From NCBI RefSeq assembly GCF_039654945.1, contig NW_027361819.1:1302001-1366000 (forward strand): 64,000 nt of DNA, given 5' to 3'. The position numbers were made by a program, and so were the translations under genes. Origin of the DNA: Dendrobates tinctorius. Its lineage: Eukaryota. The notes under the pieces are model-generated. The model was not told where the DNA came from. It was given only the letters and a program-made list of their open reading frames with translations, and searched no databases. Below are positions 25,549 through 37,500 of this stretch, piece by piece (the stretch's first letter is position 1; each line of letters begins with the position of its first letter).

Positions 25549-27084
25549 ATGGCGTCTTCTGACTTGAATTGCTCCATCTGCCTGAGCCTCTATACAGATC
25601 CCGTATCCCTGAGATGTGGACACAACTTCTGCTGTTCCTGTATTGTGAGTGTGCTGGATGCCCAGGAGGCGGCTGGAGGGTATTCCTGTCCTGTCTGCAG
25701 AGTAGAATATCGGGTGCGTCCAGCCCCGGAAAAGAAACGGAAGCTGAGGAATAGAGTGGAGCGTTTCTCATCTTCTCAGCCTGATATGGAGGAGACCAGG
25801 ACCTTCTGTGCTTACTGTACAAAGTCTTCTGTCCCGGCTGTGAAATCCTGTCTGCAGTGTGAGAATACTTTCTGTAGCGACCACCTGACAGCCCACAACA
25901 AGACAATGGATCACATATTAATAGATCCCACAAGATCTTTTGACAACAAAAAATGTTCCCTCCACAAGAAGGTTCTGGAGTATTACTGCCTGCAGGACGC
26001 GGCTTGTCTGTGTGTGTCTTGCTGTTTAATTGGAGAACACCAAGGACACCTGGTGGAACTTCTAGATGTGGCTTCTGAGAAGAAAAGAAAGAAAATGAAG
26101 GAATATCCGAACAAACTAAATGCAGAAAAAGAAGATATTCAGAAAGAAGTCCAGTATCTGCAGGATGATAAGAGGAAGATCCAGGAGAAAGCCTCCAATA
26201 AGAGGAAGAACATCAGTAAGATATTTATGGACATTAAGAAGCAAGTGGAAATGGCAGAAAAGAAAGTGCTGAGTGAGGTCTCCAGGCAGGAGGAGAAGAT
26301 TGTGTCCCAGATATCTGATCTGATCCAGAAGCTGAAAATAGAGGAGGATGAGCTGTCCAGGAAGATGTGTCACGTGGAGGAGATGTGTCGTGTCACCGAC
26401 CCAATAAGACTCTTACAAGAAAGTGACATCACAGTATGTAGTCTTGGAGATGGTGGAGAGGTCAGTTCTGAGGAGGATCTGGATGAGGTTCTGATCTCAC
26501 TGACCTTACACCGGTCTATGAGGGATATTGTCACCAATGTAACATCAGAGCTCGGGGTCCATGTCCCCGATATATTGCTGGATGTGGACACTGCTCATGA
26601 ATGTGTGAAGGTATCAGAAGATCTGAAAACAGCAATGGGTTCAGATAACAAACAGGAGAGGTCAGAATCACCAGGGAGATTTGTGGATTGCTCCCAGGTG
26701 TTAAGCAGATGTGGCCTCTCCTCAGGACGACATTACTGGGAGGTAGAGTGGGACCAGAAAGGAGAATGTAGTGTTGGATTGTCCTATTCCAATATAGAAA
26801 GGAAAGGAGATAAGTCTGGTGTTGGATATAATGATAAATCTTGGAGTTTGGATATGTATAATGAAGAATATAATGTATGGCACAACTCCAATATATTACC
26901 TCTCAGTGTAAAGCCAACATGTCCAACACTTGGGGTCTTCTTAGACTATGAGGCCGGGCGTCTGTCCTTCTATGAGCTGTGTGACCCCATCAGACACTTA
27001 CACACCTTCACCGCCTCCTTCACTGAACCCCTACATGTTGTCTTCAGTCTGGAGGTTGGAGCCTCTGTTACAATAAGAAGCTGA
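25549..27084 (+). CDS. TRIM E3 ligase copy 3 (intact)
   Basis: 511-aa ORF with the full domain set. In-frame deletions at the N-terminus (4 codons) and in the acidic linker (7 codons) relative to the paralogues. Confidence 0.95.
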   Translation: MASSDLNCSICLSLYTDPVSLRCGHNFCCSCIVSVLDAQEAAGGYSCPVCRVEYRVRPAPEKKRKLRNRVERFSSSQPDMEETRTFCAYCTKSSVPAVKSCLQCENTFCSDHLTAHNKTMDHILIDPTRSFDNKKCSLHKKVLEYYCLQDAACLCVSCCLIGEHQGHLVELLDVASEKKRKKMKEYPNKLNAEKEDIQKEVQYLQDDKRKIQEKASNKRKNISKIFMDIKKQVEMAEKKVLSEVSRQEEKIVSQISDLIQKLKIEEDELSRKMCHVEEMCRVTDPIRLLQESDITVCSLGDGGEVSSEEDLDEVLISLTLHRSMRDIVTNVTSELGVHVPDILLDVDTAHECVKVSEDLKTAMGSDNKQERSESPGRFVDCSQVLSRCGLSSGRHYWEVEWDQKGECSVGLSYSNIERKGDKSGVGYNDKSWSLDMYNEEYNVWHNSNILPLSVKPTCPTLGVFLDYEAGRLSFYELCDPIRHLHTFTASFTEPLHVVFSLEVGASVTIRS

Positions 27085-27474
27085 GGCCGATGTCGTCCTC
27101 GTCACATTATAATGACATTATTCCTTGTCACATGGACCCATCTGTATATAGTGAGTTATCAGCGGGACCCTCTAATAATACAATGTATATGGCGGAGTCA
27201 TGGGGGGATTGTTCCTATTGGATTGGTTTGTCTACCTTGGAACTAAGATGCAAAATCAATAATGGAGGAAAATTGAAATATTAATGGGTAAATTGGCCTA
27301 AAAGTGATAATTCTTAATCACGAACCCCTGTCAGAAAACCTCTGTACATGTACGGCATAATTATTGTTGGCTCAATCAGAGCTGGGTGTTCGCTGTATAT
27401 CATAGCTGACACCCTGCTGTCAATAAGGTACTGAGAGCAGGAGCAGTGTAAGACTGAGAGGCCTAATACACTGT

Positions 27475-27565
27475 CAGGCTCACCCACTAAAAAACGGACG
27501 CATGTTTCACCATTGCTTCATCAGGGGTCTGGTTGATGAAACGCGCGTCTGGGGGGTGAGCCTGA
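27475..27565 (-). other. Degenerate minimal hammerhead in a Penelope-like remnant; paralogous copy at 43206-43285
   Basis: Minus strand CTGATGA-AGCAATGGT-GAAAC-ATGC-GTC (27524-27497), inside the inverted repeat TCAGGCTCACCC / GGGTGAGCCTGA. Confidence 0.5.
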
Positions 27566-28681
27566 ACATGTCCTCATTATTATGTACACTATTTGCCGTT
27601 TATGCTACTTATTGTATGGGACCCTAATACTGTTCGCACCTTAATTCTTATTTCTATACCTCGATTTTAAATTTGGATTCATTGTCCATTACTTATTATG
27701 TGACAAGCTTTCTACATCTTTGCATTCAGATGTCACCTCGCATTGTTTCCATCTTTTGGGGTAATTCTTTTTTATTGGCTCGCCCACCATTAATGTTTAT
27801 GCTTTTTATGTTGGACATTTGTTCTCTTTTAAAAAAATTATTCAATAAAGATTGTTGATCGTGTTTATTCATATCTACTTTAGTCCTCGCACATTTCTTA
27901 TTTTCGGGTTTGTGAATCAATGCAGTAAAACCTGCGCAAACCACAGTTATCAACATGTACAGCATTACTGCAAAGGGGAGAACCCAACTAAAAGGCTTCT
28001 CCAGGCAAGGGCGAACATACCGCTGATGCAACTGCATCGGGGCCCCAAGGTGGAGGATGCAGTAACTATGGGGCCACTGAGCCAAGATTATAGGCGGGAG
28101 TGAGAGTTGCTCTGTGTCAGGCAGCATTGGGCCCCTTTCACTCCCTTCCGTAATCATGCAACTACCCAGAGCTGGGGAGAGAGCAGCACGCAGAGTGCAG
28201 GATTTCAAAAAGGGGGCATGTCATGCAGGGAGAGACACTGGCCAATGAATGCTTTCCCCACCAGACTGATGAGAGCGCTCACTGGCTGCTGTGTCTGTCC
28301 TCCTGCATGGCGCGTCCCAATGGTGAGTATTCACCTGTAGTCAGGGGGCCCTCACAGCACACAGGGGACAATAATGGAGGAAGATCAGGACTTATGTTGT
28401 GTCTTCTGTTCCCTCCACTGTTCTATTCCCAGCAGCATCTCCTCACAGAGAAGAGGTCGGGGGAGGAGGCTCACGGCAGCGGACAGCACAGTTGCAGCAG
28501 AGGGCTGATATCAGTCCTCTGCTGTGTCTCCATCCCTCACAGTGGGTTCTGCAGCCCTCTAGCTGATCTCAGAACTACGAGGTCGACCTGCTCCACAGCT
28601 CATCTAATCACCTGATGTCACAGATTAGTATGTGTTTGTTTGTATATGTACATGTATGTGTGTGTGCGTACAGTTTATGTA

Positions 28682-29095
28682 CGAGGGGCGTTCATTAAAG
28701 ATTTCCCCTGACCCACTTCCTGTGGATTGACAGCAATGAAACTTGGCAGAGTCATTAGTCCTTCTCTATATAGGTGCCACCTAGGGACATGTACTTCTCC
28801 CATCTTTTTAAGCAACTGTAAACACCTCTCTTGTCAACAGGTTGCTCCAAAAGCCATGTTGTGACTTCGGAAATCTGAGTCTCATCATCTGGAAAATGCT
28901 TTCCCTTTAAAAACTAACTTAATTGTCCAAAAAATGTGGACGTCTGATGGTGCAAGGTCGGGTGAATAAGGGGGATTCTGTAGAATTTCACAGCCACATG
29001 AGCATGCTTCCATTTGGGTAACATGTGAGTTGTGAACTGGTGCATTGTCTTGCAGAAGGCGGACACCTTTGATGAGCTTGCCACGTCTCTTGGTT
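28682..29095 (-). mobile_element. Mariner transposon 3' fragment (DD34D type)
   Basis: Minus-strand translation gives LLQDNAPVHNSHVT and PYSPDLAPSD. Terminus TA-CGAGGGG. Confidence 0.8.
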
Positions 29096-30248
29096 TTGAT
29101 GTTCTCTTATTACCCTTTGGGAAAAAGAAAAATTTGTAGGATAAAGTATAATTTTTGTGGAAAAATTTGTCATTTTTGATTCACAATGTGACAAACTTTT
29201 GAGACGCTCCTGTATGTTCAAAAAGGTCACAATACCGAAAAGATGAATCCCGTAAGGGGTGATAGTTTCCACAATGCCATCAGTTGTTTGTTTTTGCTGT
29301 TTTGGTACATTGGTGGCAAGGAAAACCCGACATGAAATCCACAATCTATCAATATAAAAAAAGAATTAACCTGATCGTTAGAAAAAAAAGTCAAAACGCC
29401 AGAATTCCTTTTTTTTTGGTCACTGCAGCATTGCATTAAAATGCAATAACGGGCGATCAAAAGATCGTCTCTGCAACAAAATAGTATCAATGAAAATGTC
29501 AGCTCTGCCCGCACAAAATAAGCCCTCACCCAACCCGAGATCGCGAAAAATGGAGACGATACACGTCTCGGAAAACGCTTTTTTTTTGTTTTTTTAACAA
29601 ATTTTGGATTTTTTTTTCATCACTTAAAAAAGAACCTGGACAAGTTTGGTGTCTGTGAACTCGTAATGACCTGGAGAATCATAATGGCAGTTCTGGCATT
29701 TAGTAAGCATGGTGAAAACAAAAAAACAAGTGTGGAATTGCACTTTTTGCAATTTCACTGCACTTGAAATTTTTTTTCCCCCCATTTTCCAGTAGACGAC
29801 ATGGTAAAACCAATGGTGTCATTCAAAAGTACAACTCGTCCTGAAAAAAAAAACAACAAACCCTCAGACGGCCATATTGACGGAAAAATAAAAAAAAAAA
29901 AAGTTATGGCTTTGGGAAGAAGAGGAACGAAAAACAAAAACGCAAAAATGGAAATACCTCTGGTCGTGAAGGGGTTAATATAGTATAGACCAGCTCATTT
30001 CTATGTCCCTGTATTCTAGGGGCAAAATAAAAGTCAGAGACTTTTTTTTTCTTCCCATAAAATAATTGCATTTTTTTCTTGCATTTTTCAGGCTCCACAG
30101 TAATAAAAACACAAAAACCGCACAGATCACGTAGACACAGCGGGCAGCAGTTCTCATGCACAGTTAGGTCGTGTTCACACCTGGTGTAAATGCTGCGTTG
30201 TGTTCTGCTGTGTTTTTCTGTGCAGAAAATCTGCTGCATTTACGGTAA

Positions 30249-30636
30249 GGCTGCTTTCACACATCCGGCTTTTTGAATCCGGCACGATGCGGCAAAATTT
30301 GGATCAACCGGATCCGGTTTTGTCCCATAGAGTTGTATTGTCGCCGCACCGTGCCGGATGGGTATGCGGTGCATCCGGTTTTTGCCGTATACGACAAGAA
30401 GTAGCCGTCCGGCGTCTGCAAAAAACATTCGCTGCAACGTTTTTTTGACAGCGCCGGACCGGTTTTTCTCACAGCGCATGCGCGGAGACTGTGAGTCTCG
30501 CGCTGCTCTTTTAAATGTGGGCGCCACCGTATCTGGCCACGCAGGCATCCAGTGTCTCCGGCACATCACGGATCCGCCCCTTCGGCTTTTCGCCGCCCGG
30601 CGCCGGAGACACAAAGCCGGATGTGTGAAAGAAGCC
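30249..30636. mobile_element. Palindromic PIF/Harbinger-type MITE
   Basis: TIRs GGCTGCTTTCACACATCCGGC / GCCGGATGTGTGAAAGAAGCC with TSD TAA. Confidence 0.85.
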
Positions 30637-30954
30637 TAACTGTTTAACCAAAATGAATGTGATTTCAGGTAAACTGCCCGCTGTGGTCTGAAGATTCTGC
30701 TGAACTCTGCAGTCTTGGTATTTTTTTTCTTTATAAGGAGCCTGAAAAAATACATGTAAAAATCACAGTTGTATTTTTAACGTAGAACCAAAGTTTTGCT
30801 GTAGTATAAGAAAAACACATTAAAAACGCGGCTTCACATCTGCAAAAAGCTCAGATAAAAAAGGGCAAAGGCACAAGAAAATGCAAGAATATATATATAC
30901 TAGCTATGAACCCGCTCTACGCCCGGGTGGTGAGCATTTTTATTGGTACAGTAT

Positions 30955-31855
30955 ATGGTCTCCCATCCTGGTATGTGCTGCCACCCTCATCCCTATCCTG
31001 GTATGTATGGTCCCCTCACCCCCCTATCCTGGTATGCATGGTCCTCTCACTCCCCTATCCTGGTATGTATGGTCCCCTCACCCCACAATCCTGGTATGCA
31101 TGGTCCCCTCACCCCCTATCCTGGTATGCATGGTCCCCTCACCCCCCAATCCTGGTATGCATGGTCCCCTCACCCCCCTATCCTAATACGCATGGTCCCC
31201 TCACCCCCCTTTCGTGGTATGCATGGTCCCCTCACCCCCCTTTCGTGGTATGCAAGGTCCCCTCACCCCCCTATCCTGGTATGCATGGTCCTCTCACTCC
31301 CCTATCCTGGTATGCATGGTCCCCTCACCTCCCTATCCTGGTATGCATGGTCCTCTCACTCCCCTATCCTGGTATGTATGGTCCCCTCACCCCCTATCCT
31401 GGCATGCATGGTTCCCTCACCTCCCTATCCTGGTATGTATGGTCCCCTCACCTCCCTATCCTGGTATGTATGGTCCCCTCACCCCCTATCCTGGTATGCA
31501 TGGTCACCTCACCCCCTATCCTGGTATGCATGGTCCCCTCACCCCCTATCCTGGTATGCATGGTCCCCTCACCCCCTATCGTGGTATGCATGGTCCCCTC
31601 ACCCCCCTTTCGTGGTATGCATGGTCCCCTCACCCCCTATCCTGGTATGCATGGTCCTCTTACTCCCCTATCCTGGTATGCATGGTCCTCTCACCCCCCT
31701 ATCCTGGTATGCATGGTCCCCTCACCCCCCTATCCTGGTATGCATGGTCCTCTCACACCCCTATCCTGGTATGTATGGTCCCCCTCACCCCCCTATCCTG
31801 GTATACATGGTCCCCTCACCCCCCAATCCTGATATGAATAGTCCCCCTCACCCCT
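30955..31855. repeat. ~30-31-bp minisatellite
   Basis: Unit TGGTATGCATGGTCCCCTCACCCCCCTATCC, preceded by an ACTAG...CCCG-n-CCCGGG head at ~30899. Confidence 0.95.
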
Positions 31856-32479
31856 ATTAAACTGCACACATTAAAAAAACCCAAATATTTATACTCCCCT
31901 TTCTTCCCTGTGTCCAGCGCTGTCCTGTTCTGGGCGTGTTGTGGTGCCAGACTCGGCGCCTGCACTGTCCTAGCTTTCCGCCGCCATGTTCTTGAAGACA
32001 CACTGCAGTGTGTCTTCAAGAAAATGGAGGTGAAAAGTGCCGATTCTGGCGCTACAACACGTCCACTCCAGACGTCACCTGAAGACGCAAGTCCCCGCCG
32101 GCAACAGCAACACCGGGTTCGGTAAGGTGTTGCGGAGATCGCGGTATGCGTTCAGTGCTTACGCATTACCGCGATCTCCTGGGGGAATACGTCACTCTGT
32201 GGGGGATGCGTCCCTCTGGGTCCAGACTGCGCAGGCGTGTCGCACTTGCACAGTCTATAAAGGCTTCAGACAGAGTGACGCTCCCATGGTTATATTATAG
32301 ATACCAGGATGGGGGATGTATATACCAGGATGGGGCGTATATATACCAGGATGGGGGATGTATATACCAGGATGGGGGATGTACAGTATATACCAGGATG
32401 GGGGATGTATATACCAGGATGGGGGATGTACAGTATATACCAGGATGGGGGATGTTTACACCAGGATGGGGGATGTATA

Positions 32480-34086
32480 CAGTGGGGAAAAAAAGTATTT
32501 AGTCAGTCAGCAATAGTGCAAGTTCCACCACTTAAAAAGATGAGAGGCGTCTGTAATATACATCATAGGTAGACCTCAACTATGGGAGACAAACTGAGAA
32601 AAAAAAATCCAGAAAATCACATTGTCTGTTTTTGTTTCCTTTTATTTGCATATTATGGTGGAAAATAAGTATTTGGTCAGAAACAAGCAATCAAGATTTC
32701 TGGCTCTCACAGACCTGTAACTTCTTCTTTAAGAGTCTCCTCTTTCCTCCACTCATTACCTGTAGTAATGGCACCTGTTTAAACTTGTTATCAGTATAAA
32801 AAGACACCTGTGCACACCCTCAAACAGTCTGACTCCAAACTCCACTATGGTGAAGACCAAAGAGCTGTCAAACGACACCAGAAACAAAATTGTAGCCCTG
32901 CACCAGGCTGGGAAGACTGAATCTGCAATAGCCAACCAGCTTGGAGTGAAGAAATGAACTGTGGGAGCAATAATTAGAAAATGGAAGACATACAAGACCA
33001 CTGATAATCTCCCTCGATCTGGTGCTCCACGCAAAATCCCACCCCGTGGGGTCAGAATGATCACAAGAACGGTGAGCAAAAATCCCAGAACCACGCGGGG
33101 GGACCTAGTGAATGAACTGCAGAGAGCTGGGACCAATGTAACAAGGCCTACCATAAGTAACACACTACGCCACCATGGACTCAGATCCTGCAGTGCCAGA
33201 CGTGTCCCACTGCTTAAGCCTGTACATGTCCGGGCCCGTCTGAAGTTTGCTAGAGAGCATTTGGATGATCCAGAGGAGTTTTGGGAGAATGTCCTATGGT
33301 CTGATGAAACCAAACTGGAACTGTTTGGTAGAAACACAACTTGTCGTGTTTGGAGGAAAAAGAATACTGAGTTGCATCCATCAAACACCATACCTACTGT
33401 AAAGCATGGTGGTGGAAACATCATGCTTTGGGGCTGTTTCTCTGCAAAGGGGCCAGGATGACTGATCCGGGTACATGAAAGAATGAATGGGGCCATGTAT
33501 CGTGAGATTTTGAGTGCAAACCTCCTTCCATCAGCAAGGGCATTGAAGATGAAACGTGGCTGGGTCTTTCAACATGACAATGATCCAAAGCACACCGCCA
33601 GGGCAACGAAGGAGTGGCTTCGTAAGAACCATTTCAAGGTCCTGGAGTGGCCTAGCCAGTCTCCAGATCTCAACCCTATAGAAAACCTTTGGAGGGAGTT
33701 GAAAGTCCGTGTTGCCAAGTGAAAAGCCAAAAACATCACTGCTCTAGAGGAGATCTGCATGGAGGAATGGGCCAACATACCAACAACAGTGTGTGGCAAC
33801 CTTGTGAAGACTTACACAAAACGTTTGACCTCTGTCATTGCCAACAAAGGATATATCACAAAGTATTGAGATGAAATTTTGTTTCTGACCAAATACTTAT
33901 TTTCCACCATAATATGCAAATAAAATGAAAAAAAAACCAGACAATGTGATTTTCTGGATTTTTTTTTCTCAGTTTGTCTCCCATAGTTGAGGTCTACCTA
34001 TGATGTAAATTACAGACGCCTCTCATCTTTTTAAGTGGTGGAACTTGCACTATTGCTGACTGACTAAATACTTTTTTTCCCCACTG
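32480..34086 (+). mobile_element. Full-length Tc1-family (DD34E) transposon
   Basis: ~210-bp TIRs starting CAGTGGGGAAAAAAAGTATTTAG, TA TSD on both sides, 1607 bp long. Confidence 0.97.
32847..33869 (+). pseudogene. Tc1 transposase, 340 codons with three in-frame stops
   Basis: Motifs [17 protein letters not shown] and [11 protein letters not shown] at 32955, 33459 and 33720; no frameshift. Confidence 0.93.
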
Positions 34087-37000
34087 TATATCAGGATGAA
34101 GTGTGTATATACCTAGATGGGGGTGTATATACCAGGAAGGGGCATGTATATACCAAGATGGGGGATGTATATACCAGGATGGGGGGTGTATACACCAGGA
34201 TGGGGGATGTATATACTAGGATGGGGGATGTTTACACCAGGATGGGGGATGCATATACCAGGATGGGGCATGTATATACCAGGAAGGGGCATGTATATAC
34301 CAGGATGGGGGGTGTATATACCAGGAAGGGGGATGTATATACCAGGATGAGGCATGTATATACCAGGATGGGTGATGTATATACCAGGATGGGGGGTGTA
34401 TATACCAGGAAGGGGCATGTATATACCAGGATGGGGGATGTATATACCAGGATGGGGGATGTATATACCAGGATGGGGGATGTATATACCAGTATGGGGG
34501 ATGTATATACCAGGATGGGAGATGTATATACCTGGATGAGGCATGTATATACCAGGATGGGGGATGTATATACCAGGATGGGGGGTGTATATACCAGGAA
34601 GGGGCATGTATATAACAGGATGGGGGATGTATATACCAGGATGGGGAATGTATATACCAGGATGGGGAATGTATATACCAGGATGAGGCATGTATATACC
34701 AGGATGGGGGATGTATATACCAGGATTGGGGATGTATATATCAGGATGAGGCATGTATATACCAGGATTGGGGATGTATATACCAGGATGGGGGATGTAT
34801 ATATCAGGATGGGAACTGTATATACCAGGATGGGAGATGTATAGACCAGGATGGGGGATGTATATGCAAGGATGAGGCATGTTTACACCAGGATGGGGCA
34901 CGCATAAATCAGGATGGGGGATGTATAGTATATACCAGGATGGGGGATGTATATACCATGATGGGGGATGTATATTCCAGGATGGGGGATGTATATTCCA
35001 GGATGGGGCATAAATATATCTGGATGGGGCATGTATATATCAGGATGGGGGATGTACAGTATATACCAGGATGGGGGATGTATATACCATGATGGGGGAT
35101 GTATATTCCAGGATGGGGGATGTATATTCCAGGATGGGGCATAAATATATCTGGATGGGGCATGCATATATCAGGATGGGGGATGTACAGTATATACCAG
35201 GATGGGGGATGTATATACCATGATGGGGGATGTATATTCCAGGATGGGGGATGTATATTCCAGGATGGGGCATAAATATATCTGGATGGGGCATGTATAT
35301 ATCAGGATGGGGGATGTACAGTATATACCAGGATGGGGGATGTATATACCATGATGGGGGATGTATATTCCAGGATGGGGGATGTATATTCCAGGATGGG
35401 GCATAAATATATCTGGATGGGGCATGCATATATCAGGATGGGGGATGTACAGTATATACCAGGATGGGGGATGTATATACCATGATGGGGGATGTATATT
35501 CCAGGATGGGGGATGTATATTCCAGGATGGGGCATAAATATATCTGGATGGGGCATGCATATATCAGGATGGGGGATGTACAGTATATACCAGGATGGGG
35601 GATGTATATACCATGATGGGGGATGTATATTCCAGGATGGGGGATGTATATTCCAGGATGGGGCATAAATATATCTGGATGGGGCATGTATATATCAGGA
35701 TGGGGGATGTACAGTATATACCAGGATGGGGGATGTATATACCATGATGGGGGATGTATATTCCAGGATGGGGGATGTATATTCCAGGATGGGGCATAAA
35801 TATATCTGGATGGGGCATGCATATATCAGGATGGGGGATGTACAGTATATACCAGGATGGGGGATGTATATACCATGATGGGGGATGTATATTCCAGGAT
35901 GGGGGATGTATATTCCAGGATGGGGCATAAATATATCTGGATGGGGCATGCATATATCAGGATGGGGGATGTACAGTATATACCAGGATGGGGGATGTAT
36001 ATACCATGATGGGGGATGTATATTCCAGGATGGGGGATGTATATTCCAGGATGGGGCATAAATATATCTGGATGGGGCATGTATATATCAGGATGGGGGA
36101 TGTACAGTATATACCAGGATGGGGGATGTATATACCATGATGGGGGATGTATATTCCAGGATGGGGGATGTATATTCCAGGATGGGGCATAAATATATCT
36201 GGATGGGGCATGCATATATCAGGATGGGGGATGTACAGTATATACCAGGATGGGGGATGTATATACCATGATGGGGGATGTATATTCCAGGATGGGGGAT
36301 GTATATTCCAGGATGGGGCATAAATATACCAGGATGGGGGATGTATATATCAGGATGGGGGATGTATATACCAGGATGAGGCATATATATACCAGGATGG
36401 GGGATCTACATGTAGTGACCCGCTCCAGACTGGGTCTGTCCCTTTAAGTAACCCTTGACCGTGAGTAATTTTTGTACACCTCATCTCACCCCTAAGTTAT
36501 CCTTTTACTGTTATATGGTTTACATGAATCCATTACTCACTAATCTCATATATTCATGTTTTATATTATTCTCACAATATGAAGTCTGACACAAGAATTC
36601 AGAGTTATCCTATTGGTCGGTGACCCTGTCACCAAGGTTCAATGGGAGAAGCGACCTCCAGTCTCTGTGGAGACAAGACAGGGTTCTGGAAAGTTCCCTG
36701 AGGAGTCTGGTTCAAGATGTGACCCAGAGCAGACCTCATGTGAGGGGTCTCCTGACCCCCTCCAGGCTCCAAGCCTGGAGGTTCATCCTTCTCCTTATCT
36801 CAAGACTTACAGCCAGCCCTAATGCCTTGGATCTTCCTCTGACTTCTACAGCCATGATGGCTAAAGACTTTTAACCATTTTTACCCTGGGTCCCCGCTGT
36901 CCGGTATAAGGCGTCCAGCATTAGGTCGCACTAAATGTGTACAGAAGAACCAGTTGCTTCGCGTGTTGAGGAACTTGAGGGTCCCCCGCCTCACCGCAAA

Positions 37001-37500
37001 TTATCCGTTACTTCAAGTATATTTCTGCCCGTACCGTGACCAGCTGAGAAGATGAATCCGGGATTTCAGGTCTGTACATATTGCTATATATTCCCTCTTC
37101 TGCCTTTATGCCACCAATAGACTGAACTCTCTTATAAATAACTGCAAGTCCTGCTCCTAACTAATCCAGGTTCTTAACGCTCCAGAACCTCAATTCTGTG
37201 TCAGAATCCAATCCTGAACTGTATTGGCCGTGGATTCCCCATGTGAACTGTTACCATAACTCCATGAGAAAATCACTAAGAAGAACTGGCACAGACCAAA
37301 CACTGATGAAAATCAGAACAAAACCACTGATGAATCCGGAGTCCGACTGTATATTTCAGCCTGATAGAAAGAGGTGGATAGGAAAGTTACTCAACATTTG
37401 GAAGGGTTTCCTTTATTTATGCACTAACTAGATGTGTGCCCGACGCTATCGCATCAGGAGGGCAGTAACATCACGATGGGGGCAGCTTTGTGGCGCTGGG

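Larger units (their letters stand above)
32300..36405. repeat. 21-bp minisatellite interrupted by Tc1, with a 131-bp higher-order array at ~34909-36330
   Basis: Unit CCAGGATGGGGGATGTATATA. The 131-bp period is visible in the sequence and in the ORF track offsets. Confidence 0.95.

Noticed and set aside
30881-36447. Repetitive ORFs such as PYPGMHG and YTRMGDV
   Set aside because: Minisatellite artefacts.
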